IMG/VR virus record: IMGVR_UViG_3300015203_000010
Coordinates: 1 to 54,037 of that record
From: a virus
Taxonomy: Duplodnaviria; Caudoviricetes
Direction: 5' to 3' (one strand)
DNA length: 54,037 nucleotides
Below the pieces are notes generated by a model. It made no database searches, had not been told where the DNA came from, and was given only the letters and a program-made list of their open reading frames with translations. The translations under genes and the position numbers were made by a program. Positions 46,477-54,037 of this stretch are shown here, piece by piece; the stretch's first letter is position 1; every line of letters starts with the position of its first letter.

Positions 46477-46598
46477 TGCGCCACGATGGGGAGAAGCCTC
46501 AAGTGTTTGCATATTGGTTTTTGGCCGTGACGGTGCTTTGCGACGCCTCGATCATCACGTTTGTTTTCTTTTGGTAGTTATCAGAACAGGAGCCGATT

Positions 46599-46823
46599 TT
46601 GGAGATTGTACGCCGCTTGCGCCTGCTCACACACTCTGCCGCGTCTCTCGGCAAAGACGCAGTAGCTAGTATTGCGACTGACGCAATTGCTGAGATTGAC
46701 CGCGCACAAGCCCATGCGGCTGATTGGGAAAGCGCATACAAAGTAAAATATGAAGAATGCGAAAGACTGGCGGAGCGCGTCGGACACCTAGAAAGATGTT
46801 ACGTCAAACTGGAAACAGATTAG
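46599..46823 (+). CDS. hypothetical protein
   Basis: AGGAG RBS, TTG start; EIV.RLR...A.AEIDR pattern. Confidence 0.55.
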   Translation: MEIVRRLRLLTHSAASLGKDAVASIATDAIAEIDRAQAHAADWESAYKVKYEECERLAERVGHLERCYVKLETD

Positions 46824-47186
46824 GAACTACTCAATGGCTAATTGGTTTTATCTCACAGGCTCGGTCTGTTTTGCTGTGGGCACAATCTTGAATATGCTGC
46901 CATCGTCAAAGCCGCTGCGCGTCGGTGACTTCGGCCAGTATCATGTAATGACGCCAGAGGAAGCGGCGCGTAGTTTAGTGCCTCTGACGCAAAACAACGT
47001 CACAAAATAAGGAAACGGAAAATGCACATAGAATTTACTTGGTCGAAGTGGTGCATCTTATTCACACAGCAGCCAACGCCATCCGGCATTGATCGCTGGC
47101 TTACAATCGGTCCGGTCCATTTCCGGTGGACCGCTAAGCAGCTTCGCCCGCTGTCATAGGCGGTCAGTCCCCGTCGCCCGGCGCGG

Positions 47187-47522
47187 GTGGGTAACTTACG
47201 ACAAACACTACTGGCGCATGACGGACGCGGGCCGCGCGGCGCTTCGTTCGCAACCTGCCACAATGTAAAGGAGATTGGCTTGACTGAACGTGAGCGCCTT
47301 TGCCTTGAATATCTGTCTCCGCTCATGGAGGCCGATACGCACATGATCGGTCGGCACGTTCGCGCAAACTTATTGGACCCGGCCAAGGGTGGGAGTAATC
47401 TTTCGTCCATAGGTGCGGCAGTAGTCGGTAGGCTACGCAAGCGCGGTCTTGTAATTCAAATTCATGATCTTAACGCATGGCGCATTTCGGCTGCTGGCCG
47501 TCAGGCGCTTGAGACAAATTAG
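47187..47522 (+). CDS. winged-helix-like protein (start uncertain)
   Basis: LTERER.CLEYL...RLRKRGLV......WRISAAGRQAL. Confidence 0.55.
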   Translation: MGNLRQTLLAHDGRGPRGASFATCHNVKEIGLTERERLCLEYLSPLMEADTHMIGRHVRANLLDPAKGGSNLSSIGAAVVGRLRKRGLVIQIHDLNAWRISAAGRQALETN

Positions 47523-47531
47523 GAGAATTTT

Positions 47532-47720
47532 ATGAGCATCGAAGCCAATACCGATGACGTTGAAAATCTCGAAGGATTGGACCCGGCAGTTATTGCCAAG
47601 CGCGATGAAATTGCCATCGCGCGAGATTGCTGGCGTCCGTGCGGCTGCTATCGTAATCCGCAATTAAACGATTGCATGGCGAAGGCGCTGGCGTTTGTCG
47701 CAAACACTCACAAGGATTAG
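47532..47720 (+). CDS. hypothetical protein
   Basis: AGGAG RBS. Confidence 0.5.
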   Translation: MSIEANTDDVENLEGLDPAVIAKRDEIAIARDCWRPCGCYRNPQLNDCMAKALAFVANTHKD

Positions 47721-47726
47721 GAGCCG

Positions 47727-48710
47727 TTACTTTCTTCCCGCAATCGCACCACGAATTGACTCCCCAAAAAATTTTAGCATCGTTCCATTAGGAGCCGGTG
47801 CTGAAAAATCTATTTCTTTTGCATAAGACTGAATTAGCTTTAATTGCTTTGCATTAAAAATTGGTCCCTTCGGCAAGCCTAGCACTTCATAGGAAGCCCC
47901 CGTACTATCGCTAGGATGGCTTTGCAGGCGGTCATTCTCAAAATGAACTAGACCATCAGGCGAGAATGGCGTCACGGCTTCCAGCGCCTTCCAAAAGTCA
48001 TTGGGAACGGCAACGGGATTGCAAGCGCCGTCTAAAATACCTTTCAAATCAGGCCAGACGCCAGCATATAACTGCGTTCTAATCCAACTTTCATCTTCAA
48101 AATAGAACGAAGCGGTTGCCTTTGAAAATCCAAATTCAATTAATTTTTTTGAATTATTCAACGGTTGGACTAGCGACTTTGGTAACGCCAAGCCAGGTGG
48201 CAAATCCAGACCGTGCCAAGCTTCAAAAATAACAACTCGATTTGTCGCTATGAGCGATTGACCATTCATTAAAATTGAAGCCGCTACTACATTATCAGCA
48301 TTTTCATTTGCTAAAACTCCTACAACCTCGATGGCCGTTTTAAATTTATCATTCATAGGAGCTACGGAAACATCGGGAATAGCTACCGTTAACAATTCAG
48401 GATTGATACACGGCACGATAGCTTTAAATTTATCCGACTTAATCGAAAGTTTGCTTTGATCTATTTGAGTGATTGAGAGATTGTCCCCACACTTAGACAA
48501 AGCATCAATCAAAAGTTTGTTGCTAGGTGCGCAACAAATATCCTCTTGTATCTTACAACCCGCTGCAAGAATACCATTGAAAGCGCAGGCTTTACCATCT
48601 TTCAACAAAACATGCGTTTCATTAATCGTTCCTTCGGCTTTCAATACTGAGCCGACGAAGCGGAGGGATTCTAAGAGAGGGGTAGAAGGGGGTTTTGGTT
48701 TTTTAGGCAT
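47727..48710 (-). CDS. DNA polymerase sliding clamp (beta-clamp-like)
   Basis: 327 aa; three repeated beta/alpha modules (AFNG, ATNR, FNAKQL); replication module context. Confidence 0.65.
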   Translation of the reverse strand: MPKKPKPPSTPLLESLRFVGSVLKAEGTINETHVLLKDGKACAFNGILAAGCKIQEDICCAPSNKLLIDALSKCGDNLSITQIDQSKLSIKSDKFKAIVPCINPELLTVAIPDVSVAPMNDKFKTAIEVVGVLANENADNVVAASILMNGQSLIATNRVVIFEAWHGLDLPPGLALPKSLVQPLNNSKKLIEFGFSKATASFYFEDESWIRTQLYAGVWPDLKGILDGACNPVAVPNDFWKALEAVTPFSPDGLVHFENDRLQSHPSDSTGASYEVLGLPKGPIFNAKQLKLIQSYAKEIDFSAPAPNGTMLKFFGESIRGAIAGRK

Positions 48711-50303
48711 TTAATATGTTACCTGCAAAATCTCAGGATATTTTAAATTCAAATGCACTCTTATCGTCTTAGGCTTCCTTAACGTCGATACAAACCGAAG
48801 CGCATCATCCGTAGTCAATGGCGGTTCCTCTTTGCTACGTTGCCGCCACCAATCCCTAAATATCTTACGCGACATTCCACCGTGTTGCGGAAAAACATTT
48901 TGTTTGAATGCCTGCATTCCGCTGAAATATGTAGCTCGAATATAAGGAGGCTTTCCCATTTTATTTTCTTGACGAGCGTAAATTACGTAATCGACAGGGA
49001 AGGTTTCAATGATTGGATCGTCTAGCCTTTTGATTAAAGGCGCAGTTCCAGGTTGTGCGACAAGCTTTGTCTGAAAGATAAATTCCGCACCACAGTCGCA
49101 ACAGAAACGAGCGCCTGCATAATTGTAGGCACCGCAATGCTCACAAAGCTTAATTGGTGCATCACCGAGCTTGTCGCCCTTCTTGCGAGGGATGACTGGG
49201 TAATTTATAGGGCCGAGTCGTGGAACATTGCGACCAAAATCTAGGACGACGCAGTTATTTTTCCCCTCGCAGGGTCGCGTACCACGGCCAAGCTTTTGAA
49301 CATGCCGAATAGGCGACATGGTAGGCTGTAGATCAATAATAAAATCTAGTGCAGGCACGTTAATGCCAGTTGTTAGCTTGACCACATTTACAACAGACCT
49401 AAGCGAGCCGTCTTTAAATGCTTTGATGGCTGCTTTATTATATTCGTCGGGTTTTTGTGAGTGAACAGCCGCGCAATCTATACCAAACTTTTCATTCATC
49501 GTTTCAGCAATGTGTTCCGCGTGTTCGATACCAGTCGCGAATATCATCCACGATTTTCTATTTTGCCCCGGCCCCATCGCCTCAGTCAAAGCCGCGTCTG
49601 TAATTTCTTTTTTATTGACGGCCTTTTGCAATTGACCTTTTATAAACTCACCATTGGCTACGCCGACTTCAGAAATGTCTAAGATGGTGTCTGTCTTGTG
49701 TGGGATCAACGGCGCGAGATAGCCGTCATCAATTAATTTGTTGAAGGCGTTCATTTCGGTTAGATCATGAACAATATCTGTGAAAAGACCCCCATCGGTG
49801 ATTAGCCCTTGGCCGACGCGGAATGGAGTTGCAGTCAAACCGATTATTTTTAATTGAGGATTGATTAGTTTCAACGCAGCAAAAAATGTTTGATACATCG
49901 AATTGTCATTCTGCGAAATTAAATGAGCTTCATCTACAAAGGCTATATCACGAAAACCAAATTTCTCAGGATGCTTGATGGCCGATTGGATTCCGGCATA
50001 AATAATTGGTAGCGCCGTTTCACGTTTGCCAAGGCCAGCACTGTGAATGCCGAGAGGAGCATTCGGCCAAATATCTAAAAGGGCTTCGGCGTTCTGAGAA
50101 ATTAAATCCGAAACATGCGTTGCTAAAATAAATCTTTGAGACGGCCAAGTTTTTAAAACATGCTGAATAAAGACGGCTGGAAGTATGGTCTTGCCGACGC
50201 CGGTTGGCCAGCAGACGAGCGCGTTGCCTTTATTACCTTGCTGATAATAATTCCATACCGCAGCGAGTCCGTCGATTTGATAGGGGCGAAGTTCTAGGGT
50301 CAT
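48711..50303 (-). CDS. SF2 DEAH helicase with Zn finger
   Basis: LRPYQ, PTGVGKT, DEAH, LTATP, LTTG, QKLGRGTR, CxxC...CxxC. Confidence 0.93.
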   Translation of the reverse strand: MTLELRPYQIDGLAAVWNYYQQGNKGNALVCWPTGVGKTILPAVFIQHVLKTWPSQRFILATHVSDLISQNAEALLDIWPNAPLGIHSAGLGKRETALPIIYAGIQSAIKHPEKFGFRDIAFVDEAHLISQNDNSMYQTFFAALKLINPQLKIIGLTATPFRVGQGLITDGGLFTDIVHDLTEMNAFNKLIDDGYLAPLIPHKTDTILDISEVGVANGEFIKGQLQKAVNKKEITDAALTEAMGPGQNRKSWMIFATGIEHAEHIAETMNEKFGIDCAAVHSQKPDEYNKAAIKAFKDGSLRSVVNVVKLTTGINVPALDFIIDLQPTMSPIRHVQKLGRGTRPCEGKNNCVVLDFGRNVPRLGPINYPVIPRKKGDKLGDAPIKLCEHCGAYNYAGARFCCDCGAEFIFQTKLVAQPGTAPLIKRLDDPIIETFPVDYVIYARQENKMGKPPYIRATYFSGMQAFKQNVFPQHGGMSRKIFRDWWRQRSKEEPPLTTDDALRFVSTLRKPKTIRVHLNLKYPEILQVTY

Positions 50304-50568
50304 TTCCAGCCGTGATTTTGTATTCGCTCGATTGCTAAATTATAATATGTTTCGTCTTTTTCAATGCAAACCCATTTGCGTTTTGTATTAATAGCGGCGA
50401 TTGCCGTTGTGCCTGATCCAGCCGTATTGTCTAAAACTAAGTCGCCTTCGTTGGTGTAGGTTTTAATTAGATACCCGAAAAGAGCGACTGGTTTTTGGGT
50501 GGGGTGAAATTTGTCAATCCTCAATCGGCGTTGTAGAAACGTCCGCCTTTTAAATCTTTATAAATCAT
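50300..50568 (-). pseudogene. internally deleted N6/N4 DNA methyltransferase
   Basis: MIYKDLKGGRFYNAD-stop joined out of frame to HPTQKP...GDLVLDNTAGSGTT; DPPY region missing. Confidence 0.65.
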
Positions 50569-50699
50569 AGGGTCACACAAATAGTTAACACTCCCGCCGC
50601 TATCCAGTACGTCATCATTCGCCAATCAAAATAAACAGCGTAAACGCCAGCGGCGGCGAAGTCCAAAAGTATTAATATTATGGGGAAAAGTTCGGTCAT
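50565..50699 (-). CDS. small membrane protein (44 aa, not in ORF track)
   Basis: MTELFPIILILLDFAAAGVYAVYFDWRMMTYWIAAGVLTICVTL; ATGA overlaps on both sides. Confidence 0.65.
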   Translation of the reverse strand: MTELFPIILILLDFAAAGVYAVYFDWRMMTYWIAAGVLTICVTL

Positions 50700-51562
50700 T
50701 CGTTTATGCTGCTATGTGAGTTGCAGCCTTTCGCTACCGCTTCTTTTGGAATAATTGCTTTCCAATGCTCACAATACCATTCGCCATTAGCAACCGGATT
50801 AGCGTGTTTACAACTGCGACAATTCTTTTCCACCACAACCCCATGATGGCATACGTCCACATAACTACAAAACTTACACTCATGATAAGCCGGATTGTCG
50901 CTAATCCTAGCTGGTGGCGTCTTGGCTTCGATAATATCTTTGGCCTTATTCTCTAGCAGCGTTCCGTAATTCCAATCGAGCGGAACAATCTCAATTGTTA
51001 TATCGCTATCGTTTTTATTTTCAATAACGTACAAACCATATTTAATTTTATAGAATGCTCCGTAAGCACACATTTGCGCCCAATGCTTCGGCTTCTCTTT
51101 CTGCATTCCATTTTTGGCGACGTTAGCGTAGCCTGCACCTGTGCCGTTGGTTTTAAATTCCAATAGAAAAGGCTCAGTCGTTTCCCAATCGGCGGGAGCT
51201 TTAGCCATACCATCAGCAGAGCCGCCGTAATGACCGTTGCAGCCTGAAATTCTAAATTGTTTACCGGCGGTAGCAGGGTCGCGTTCCCATACCTCGAACC
51301 CAATGCCGCGAAGCAATTGAATAGCGCGCGGCTCAAATAAATGTCCGACTTGAAACAAGCGTAACATTCGACCTGAAAATTTTTCAGCGGCAACCCATCT
51401 GAAATTATAAAACAATTTTCGGCTGCAAGACTCGCCCATCAAGCTCGCGCCCAAATGCTCGCGATGGCCTTGCGTGTAAGTTTTCTCGCAGTAGGCGTCT
51501 ATGTCGGCTTTGATTCGTTCGGCCAGAACGTCGCGGTCATCGGGTTGGGATAGATCGAGCAT
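50696..51562 (-). CDS. Cas4-like PD-(D/E)XK exonuclease
   Basis: HLGAS..G..CSR, GH..E, DG, LEFKT, H.AQ, CKFC.Y...C. Confidence 0.88.
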   Translation of the reverse strand: MLDLSQPDDRDVLAERIKADIDAYCEKTYTQGHREHLGASLMGESCSRKLFYNFRWVAAEKFSGRMLRLFQVGHLFEPRAIQLLRGIGFEVWERDPATAGKQFRISGCNGHYGGSADGMAKAPADWETTEPFLLEFKTNGTGAGYANVAKNGMQKEKPKHWAQMCAYGAFYKIKYGLYVIENKNDSDITIEIVPLDWNYGTLLENKAKDIIEAKTPPARISDNPAYHECKFCSYVDVCHHGVVVEKNCRSCKHANPVANGEWYCEHWKAIIPKEAVAKGCNSHSSINE

Positions 51563-51583
51563 TTATTTATTCCTAATGAAAAA

Positions 51584-51607
51584 CGGGTAGGAATTATCCT
51601 ACCCGTA
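51584..51607 (-). terminator. rho-independent terminator
   Basis: ACGGGTAGGA/TCCTACCCGT stem with flanking A/T runs. Confidence 0.75.
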
Positions 51608-51625
51608 ATTTTATTTTAATGATTA

Positions 51626-52204
51626 CTACTTGTTAGGAGTCGCCCAAGGCGGGGTATTAGTCGGATTGGCCTGTCCCTGTTGCGATGGTTGCCACGCGGG
51701 AGTCTGGGCAGGGGCTTGCGGCTGTGCCGGGGCAGGATTACCCCAAGATGGTGCCGGTGCCGCCTGTGCGGGCTGCTGTGGCGGAATGCCAGGACCACGA
51801 CCCGGCTCATTGCCGTTGGCGTCCATGATCTTCTTGACTTCAACGTAGCCATCAGGCTCGGCTTCATTCTGCAAGCCAACATCAATCTTGCAGCGAGCAT
51901 TGCGAAGCGCAGCGCCGTCATTCTGGAAGTCGAGACGGAAAACGCCGGTAGCGTGGCACAAGGCCGAAAGCTCGCCATGCGCGATTTGTACGGCCTTTTC
52001 ATTTTTATTCCAAAGATTGTAACGGCTTACGATTGAGCCAGCGGGAGTTGTAAACGTCACAACAAACATTCCGCCTTCGCCGCTGCTAGTCGGCTTGATT
52101 TCCGTATTGCTGATTGTCGCGTCAAAGCCTTTACCGACAGGGTGAGCACCGCCGCCCTGCTTAGGTGCAAACTGTGAAGCATCGAAAGAACCTTGCATTG
52201 GCAT
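51626..52204 (-). CDS. DUF669-like ssDNA-binding protein
   Basis: I.NTEIK.T..G.G, YNLWNKNEKAVQIA...L..LC.A.G; P/Q/A-rich tail ending PPW. Confidence 0.8.
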   Translation of the reverse strand: MPMQGSFDASQFAPKQGGGAHPVGKGFDATISNTEIKPTSSGEGGMFVVTFTTPAGSIVSRYNLWNKNEKAVQIAHGELSALCHATGVFRLDFQNDGAALRNARCKIDVGLQNEAEPDGYVEVKKIMDANGNEPGRGPGIPPQQPAQAAPAPSWGNPAPAQPQAPAQTPAWQPSQQGQANPTNTPPWATPNK

Positions 52205-52221
52205 ATTTTATTTTCCTTGTT

Positions 52222-52395
52222 TTAGAAGTTTTCAAGACGCAACAACTGCGCCTCGATACGATCAACGGCGATAGCAAGCCGCTGGCAGATGGAGTTGGTT
52301 TTGGTAGGCAACTCTACAGTGACGGTATCGCCCCTAGCGTAAGTTGTCTTTTCCAATTCTTTTGGAATATTTAAAGTAACTGTGCGTTTCTTCAT
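52222..52395 (-). CDS. hypothetical protein (57 aa, not in ORF track)
   Basis: MKKRTVTLNIPKELEK...; starts 1 nt after the upstream stop. Confidence 0.55.
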   Translation of the reverse strand: MKKRTVTLNIPKELEKTTYARGDTVTVELPTKTNSICQRLAIAVDRIEAQLLRLENF

Positions 52396-52396
52396 C

Positions 52397-52543
52397 TTAC
52401 CGCACCTTGTTCAAAGCAGAGACGACCAAGCTGCCAAGAGTAATTTTCTTTTTCTTGGCGAGAGCCTTTAGCTTGGCGCGAAGCTGGCGAGGGATGATGG
52501 TAGAAAACATAACGGTCTTGGTAGTCTTAGCCTTCTTTGACAT
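52397..52543 (-). CDS. ribbon-helix-helix-like DNA-binding protein (48 aa, not in ORF track)
   Basis: MSKKAKTTKTVMFSTIIPRQLRAKLKALAKKKKITLGSLVVSAL; AAAGGA RBS. Confidence 0.65.
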   Translation of the reverse strand: MSKKAKTTKTVMFSTIIPRQLRAKLKALAKKKKITLGSLVVSALNKVR

Positions 52544-52603
52544 TTTAAATTTCCTTTATTTTGTTGGTAGGAGAAAGAAATATAATAGTTTGAAGCCGAT
52601 TGG

Positions 52604-53278
52604 TCAAGCCATGATTTTGCGCACAATTTCCGAGAATATTGGCGGTTCAAATTCATTAAGTGTAGAAGAACGATCCCTTGCCATTACATCACGCGAAGCA
52701 ATACACCTAAAAGCTTTTTGTTCCCCGACACCAGGGATAGGAACTTTTGCTAAATGTAGGATAGCGTCGAATAGGTGAGGCAATTTTACAGGCAAGTCTT
52801 GGCCCGGTACATAAGGCCGTTTCATCATTATGCCGTTGTCATCAAGCTTTTGTTCTTTACAAATTAAATATGTATGCTTGTTTTGCAAAAAATAAAGCCC
52901 GGTAAGCTTGTCCATTACAGCACGCGACATGTCGCCGTAAGCTTTGCGACTATCTTTATTCTTTTTCAAAGCTTCGGTGAGAAATATTTCAGCCATTTGA
53001 CTAACTGAATCAATACCGACCGTATCAAAGTTTTTAGTTTCGGCAGAAGTAAACAGCCATTTGAAACGATCTTCTATTTCATCGCCGGTGAATGCTGGAA
53101 TTGTGGGGATATTGGATTGCCTCATTGAAAGCATTCCAGGTTCGGTAATTATTAGCATTGGTCTAGGAGCCGAGTTAAGTGTGGGTGTTTTGCCCGATCC
53201 TGCCGCGCCGTAAATAACAGATTTTACACCGTAGCGAAGTGCGAAGTCGCGAGCGGGCTTTAGGTCTGAGAGTTGCAT
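52604..53278 (-). CDS. Sak4-like AAA_24 ATPase/recombinase
   Basis: IYGAAGSGKT, TEPG.LS, IDSVS, ARDRS..L..FE. Confidence 0.88.
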   Translation of the reverse strand: MQLSDLKPARDFALRYGVKSVIYGAAGSGKTPTLNSAPRPMLIITEPGMLSMRQSNIPTIPAFTGDEIEDRFKWLFTSAETKNFDTVGIDSVSQMAEIFLTEALKKNKDSRKAYGDMSRAVMDKLTGLYFLQNKHTYLICKEQKLDDNGIMMKRPYVPGQDLPVKLPHLFDAILHLAKVPIPGVGEQKAFRCIASRDVMARDRSSTLNEFEPPIFSEIVRKIMA

Positions 53279-53279
53279 T

Positions 53280-53447
53280 TTAATATCCGGCTTCGGTTAG
53301 CGAATCGCAAATGTCTTTATCTTCAAGTTTTTTAAAAAACATATAAATATCACAATATACCATAGACCTCATAGGGTGACTGTCACGATTAAATGTTTTA
53401 TGTTCGTTCAAATAATCTTTAAATTCATTTATTGTTTCTTGTTTCAT
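53280..53447 (-). CDS. hypothetical protein (55 aa, not in ORF track)
   Basis: MKQETINEFKDYLNEH...; ATGA overlap. Confidence 0.5.
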   Translation of the reverse strand: MKQETINEFKDYLNEHKTFNRDSHPMRSMVYCDIYMFFKKLEDKDICDSLTEAGY

Positions 53448-53899
53448 TTCTTATCCTTCGGCGCTTTGATTTCCAAAGTCGGCGCTGCATCTGTAATTGT
53501 CAAAACACTTTCGATAATTCGACGAATTACTTTTTGATCTTCGGTAGCATCATCTTTGCAAAGTTCGCGGTACTCTGTCAGCAAAAATGACGCGCGCCAA
53601 ACCACCAGCCTATCTGCAATAAACGATCCCTGATTTCCTACCTTGGCAATGGCATCTAACGCCGCTTCAACTTTTGCGTTGTCACTATCAAGAGTATAAT
53701 TAAACTTCACGCCAGCTTTCAAAGCATATCCCGCACCCAACTCGATTGTGTTCATTCCTTCGGTGCGGTCAGGAAACGCCCTGCTAACAACATACTTGCG
53801 TAGCTCTAACTCAAAGTCTTTTGCTTTGGCTAGAGCATCTTTGGCTTGCTGCCATTTGAGCAAGACTTGATCTTGTGAGAGTGAGTCGAGGGGATTCAT
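53444..53899 (-). CDS. conserved phage recombination-module protein
   Basis: W...K..L..AK..E.ELRK, EG.NT.ELG.GY.LK; upstream of Sak4. Confidence 0.7.
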   Translation of the reverse strand: MNPLDSLSQDQVLLKWQQAKDALAKAKDFELELRKYVVSRAFPDRTEGMNTIELGAGYALKAGVKFNYTLDSDNAKVEAALDAIAKVGNQGSFIADRLVVWRASFLLTEYRELCKDDATEDQKVIRRIIESVLTITDAAPTLEIKAPKDKK

Positions 53900-54036
53900 T
53901 TTGGAGCCTTTTTAATCGCGGCCAAAACCATTTTTTCAAGCATTTTTTCTTGATCTTTTTTAGCAGCCGCCCGAGCAGCCGACCAAGCAGCCGACCGAGC
54001 AGCCGACCAAGCAACCGACCAAGCAGCCGACCAAGC
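53896..54036 (-). CDS. 3' end of Ala-rich (AWSA)n repeat protein, truncated by window
   Basis: frame reads AWSAAWSVAWSAARSAAWSAARAAAKKDQEKMLEKMVLAAIKKAPK-stop, ATGA-coupled to next gene. Confidence 0.7.
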   Translation of the reverse strand, partial: AWSAAWSVAWSAARSAAWSAARAAAKKDQEKMLEKMVLAAIKKAPK

Positions 54037-54037
54037 A
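53962..54037. repeat. 12-bp tandem repeat AGCAGCCGACC(A/G)
   Basis: about 6 copies running to window end. Confidence 0.9.

Noticed and set aside
50696-51562. Cas4-like gene as part of a CRISPR system
   Set aside because: No repeat-spacer array or other cas genes; it sits in a standard Sak4/SSB/helicase recombination module
53811-54014. 67-aa LGRL-repeat ORF from the track
   Set aside because: Alternative frame of the 12-bp repeat; overlaps the next gene by 89 nt, whereas the AWSA frame couples cleanly

Overview
This window is most of a dsDNA tailed-phage genome of P22-like podovirus architecture. The host is probably an Alphaproteobacterium (Rhizobiales/Bradyrhizobium-like), inferred from accessory gene families. 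The + strand carries a putative iteron/IHF origin, many small early genes (bL12-like, VRR-NUC, SPFH, KTSC, two paralogous DNA-binding proteins), three tRNAs (Arg-TCT, Leu-TAA, Thr-TGT), terS and terL, portal, scaffold, P22-type coat, gp4/gp10-like tail proteins, ejection proteins, a tail fibre and a GH25 lysis cassette. The - strand carries a replication/recombination module (PolB, beta-clamp-like, SF2 helicase, Cas4-like nuclease, DUF669 SSB, Sak4-like ATPase), interrupted by a GC-richer + strand island. No integrase or primase is visible. The most striking feature is a set of fibre/spike-like proteins with N-terminal Sec signal peptides and an even number of closely spaced cysteines: five genes inserted between terS and terL, plus the main tail fibre itself. 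This suggests virion appendages that are exported, disulfide-folded in the periplasm and attached at or after lysis. All family calls are by motif recognition only; no searches were run.
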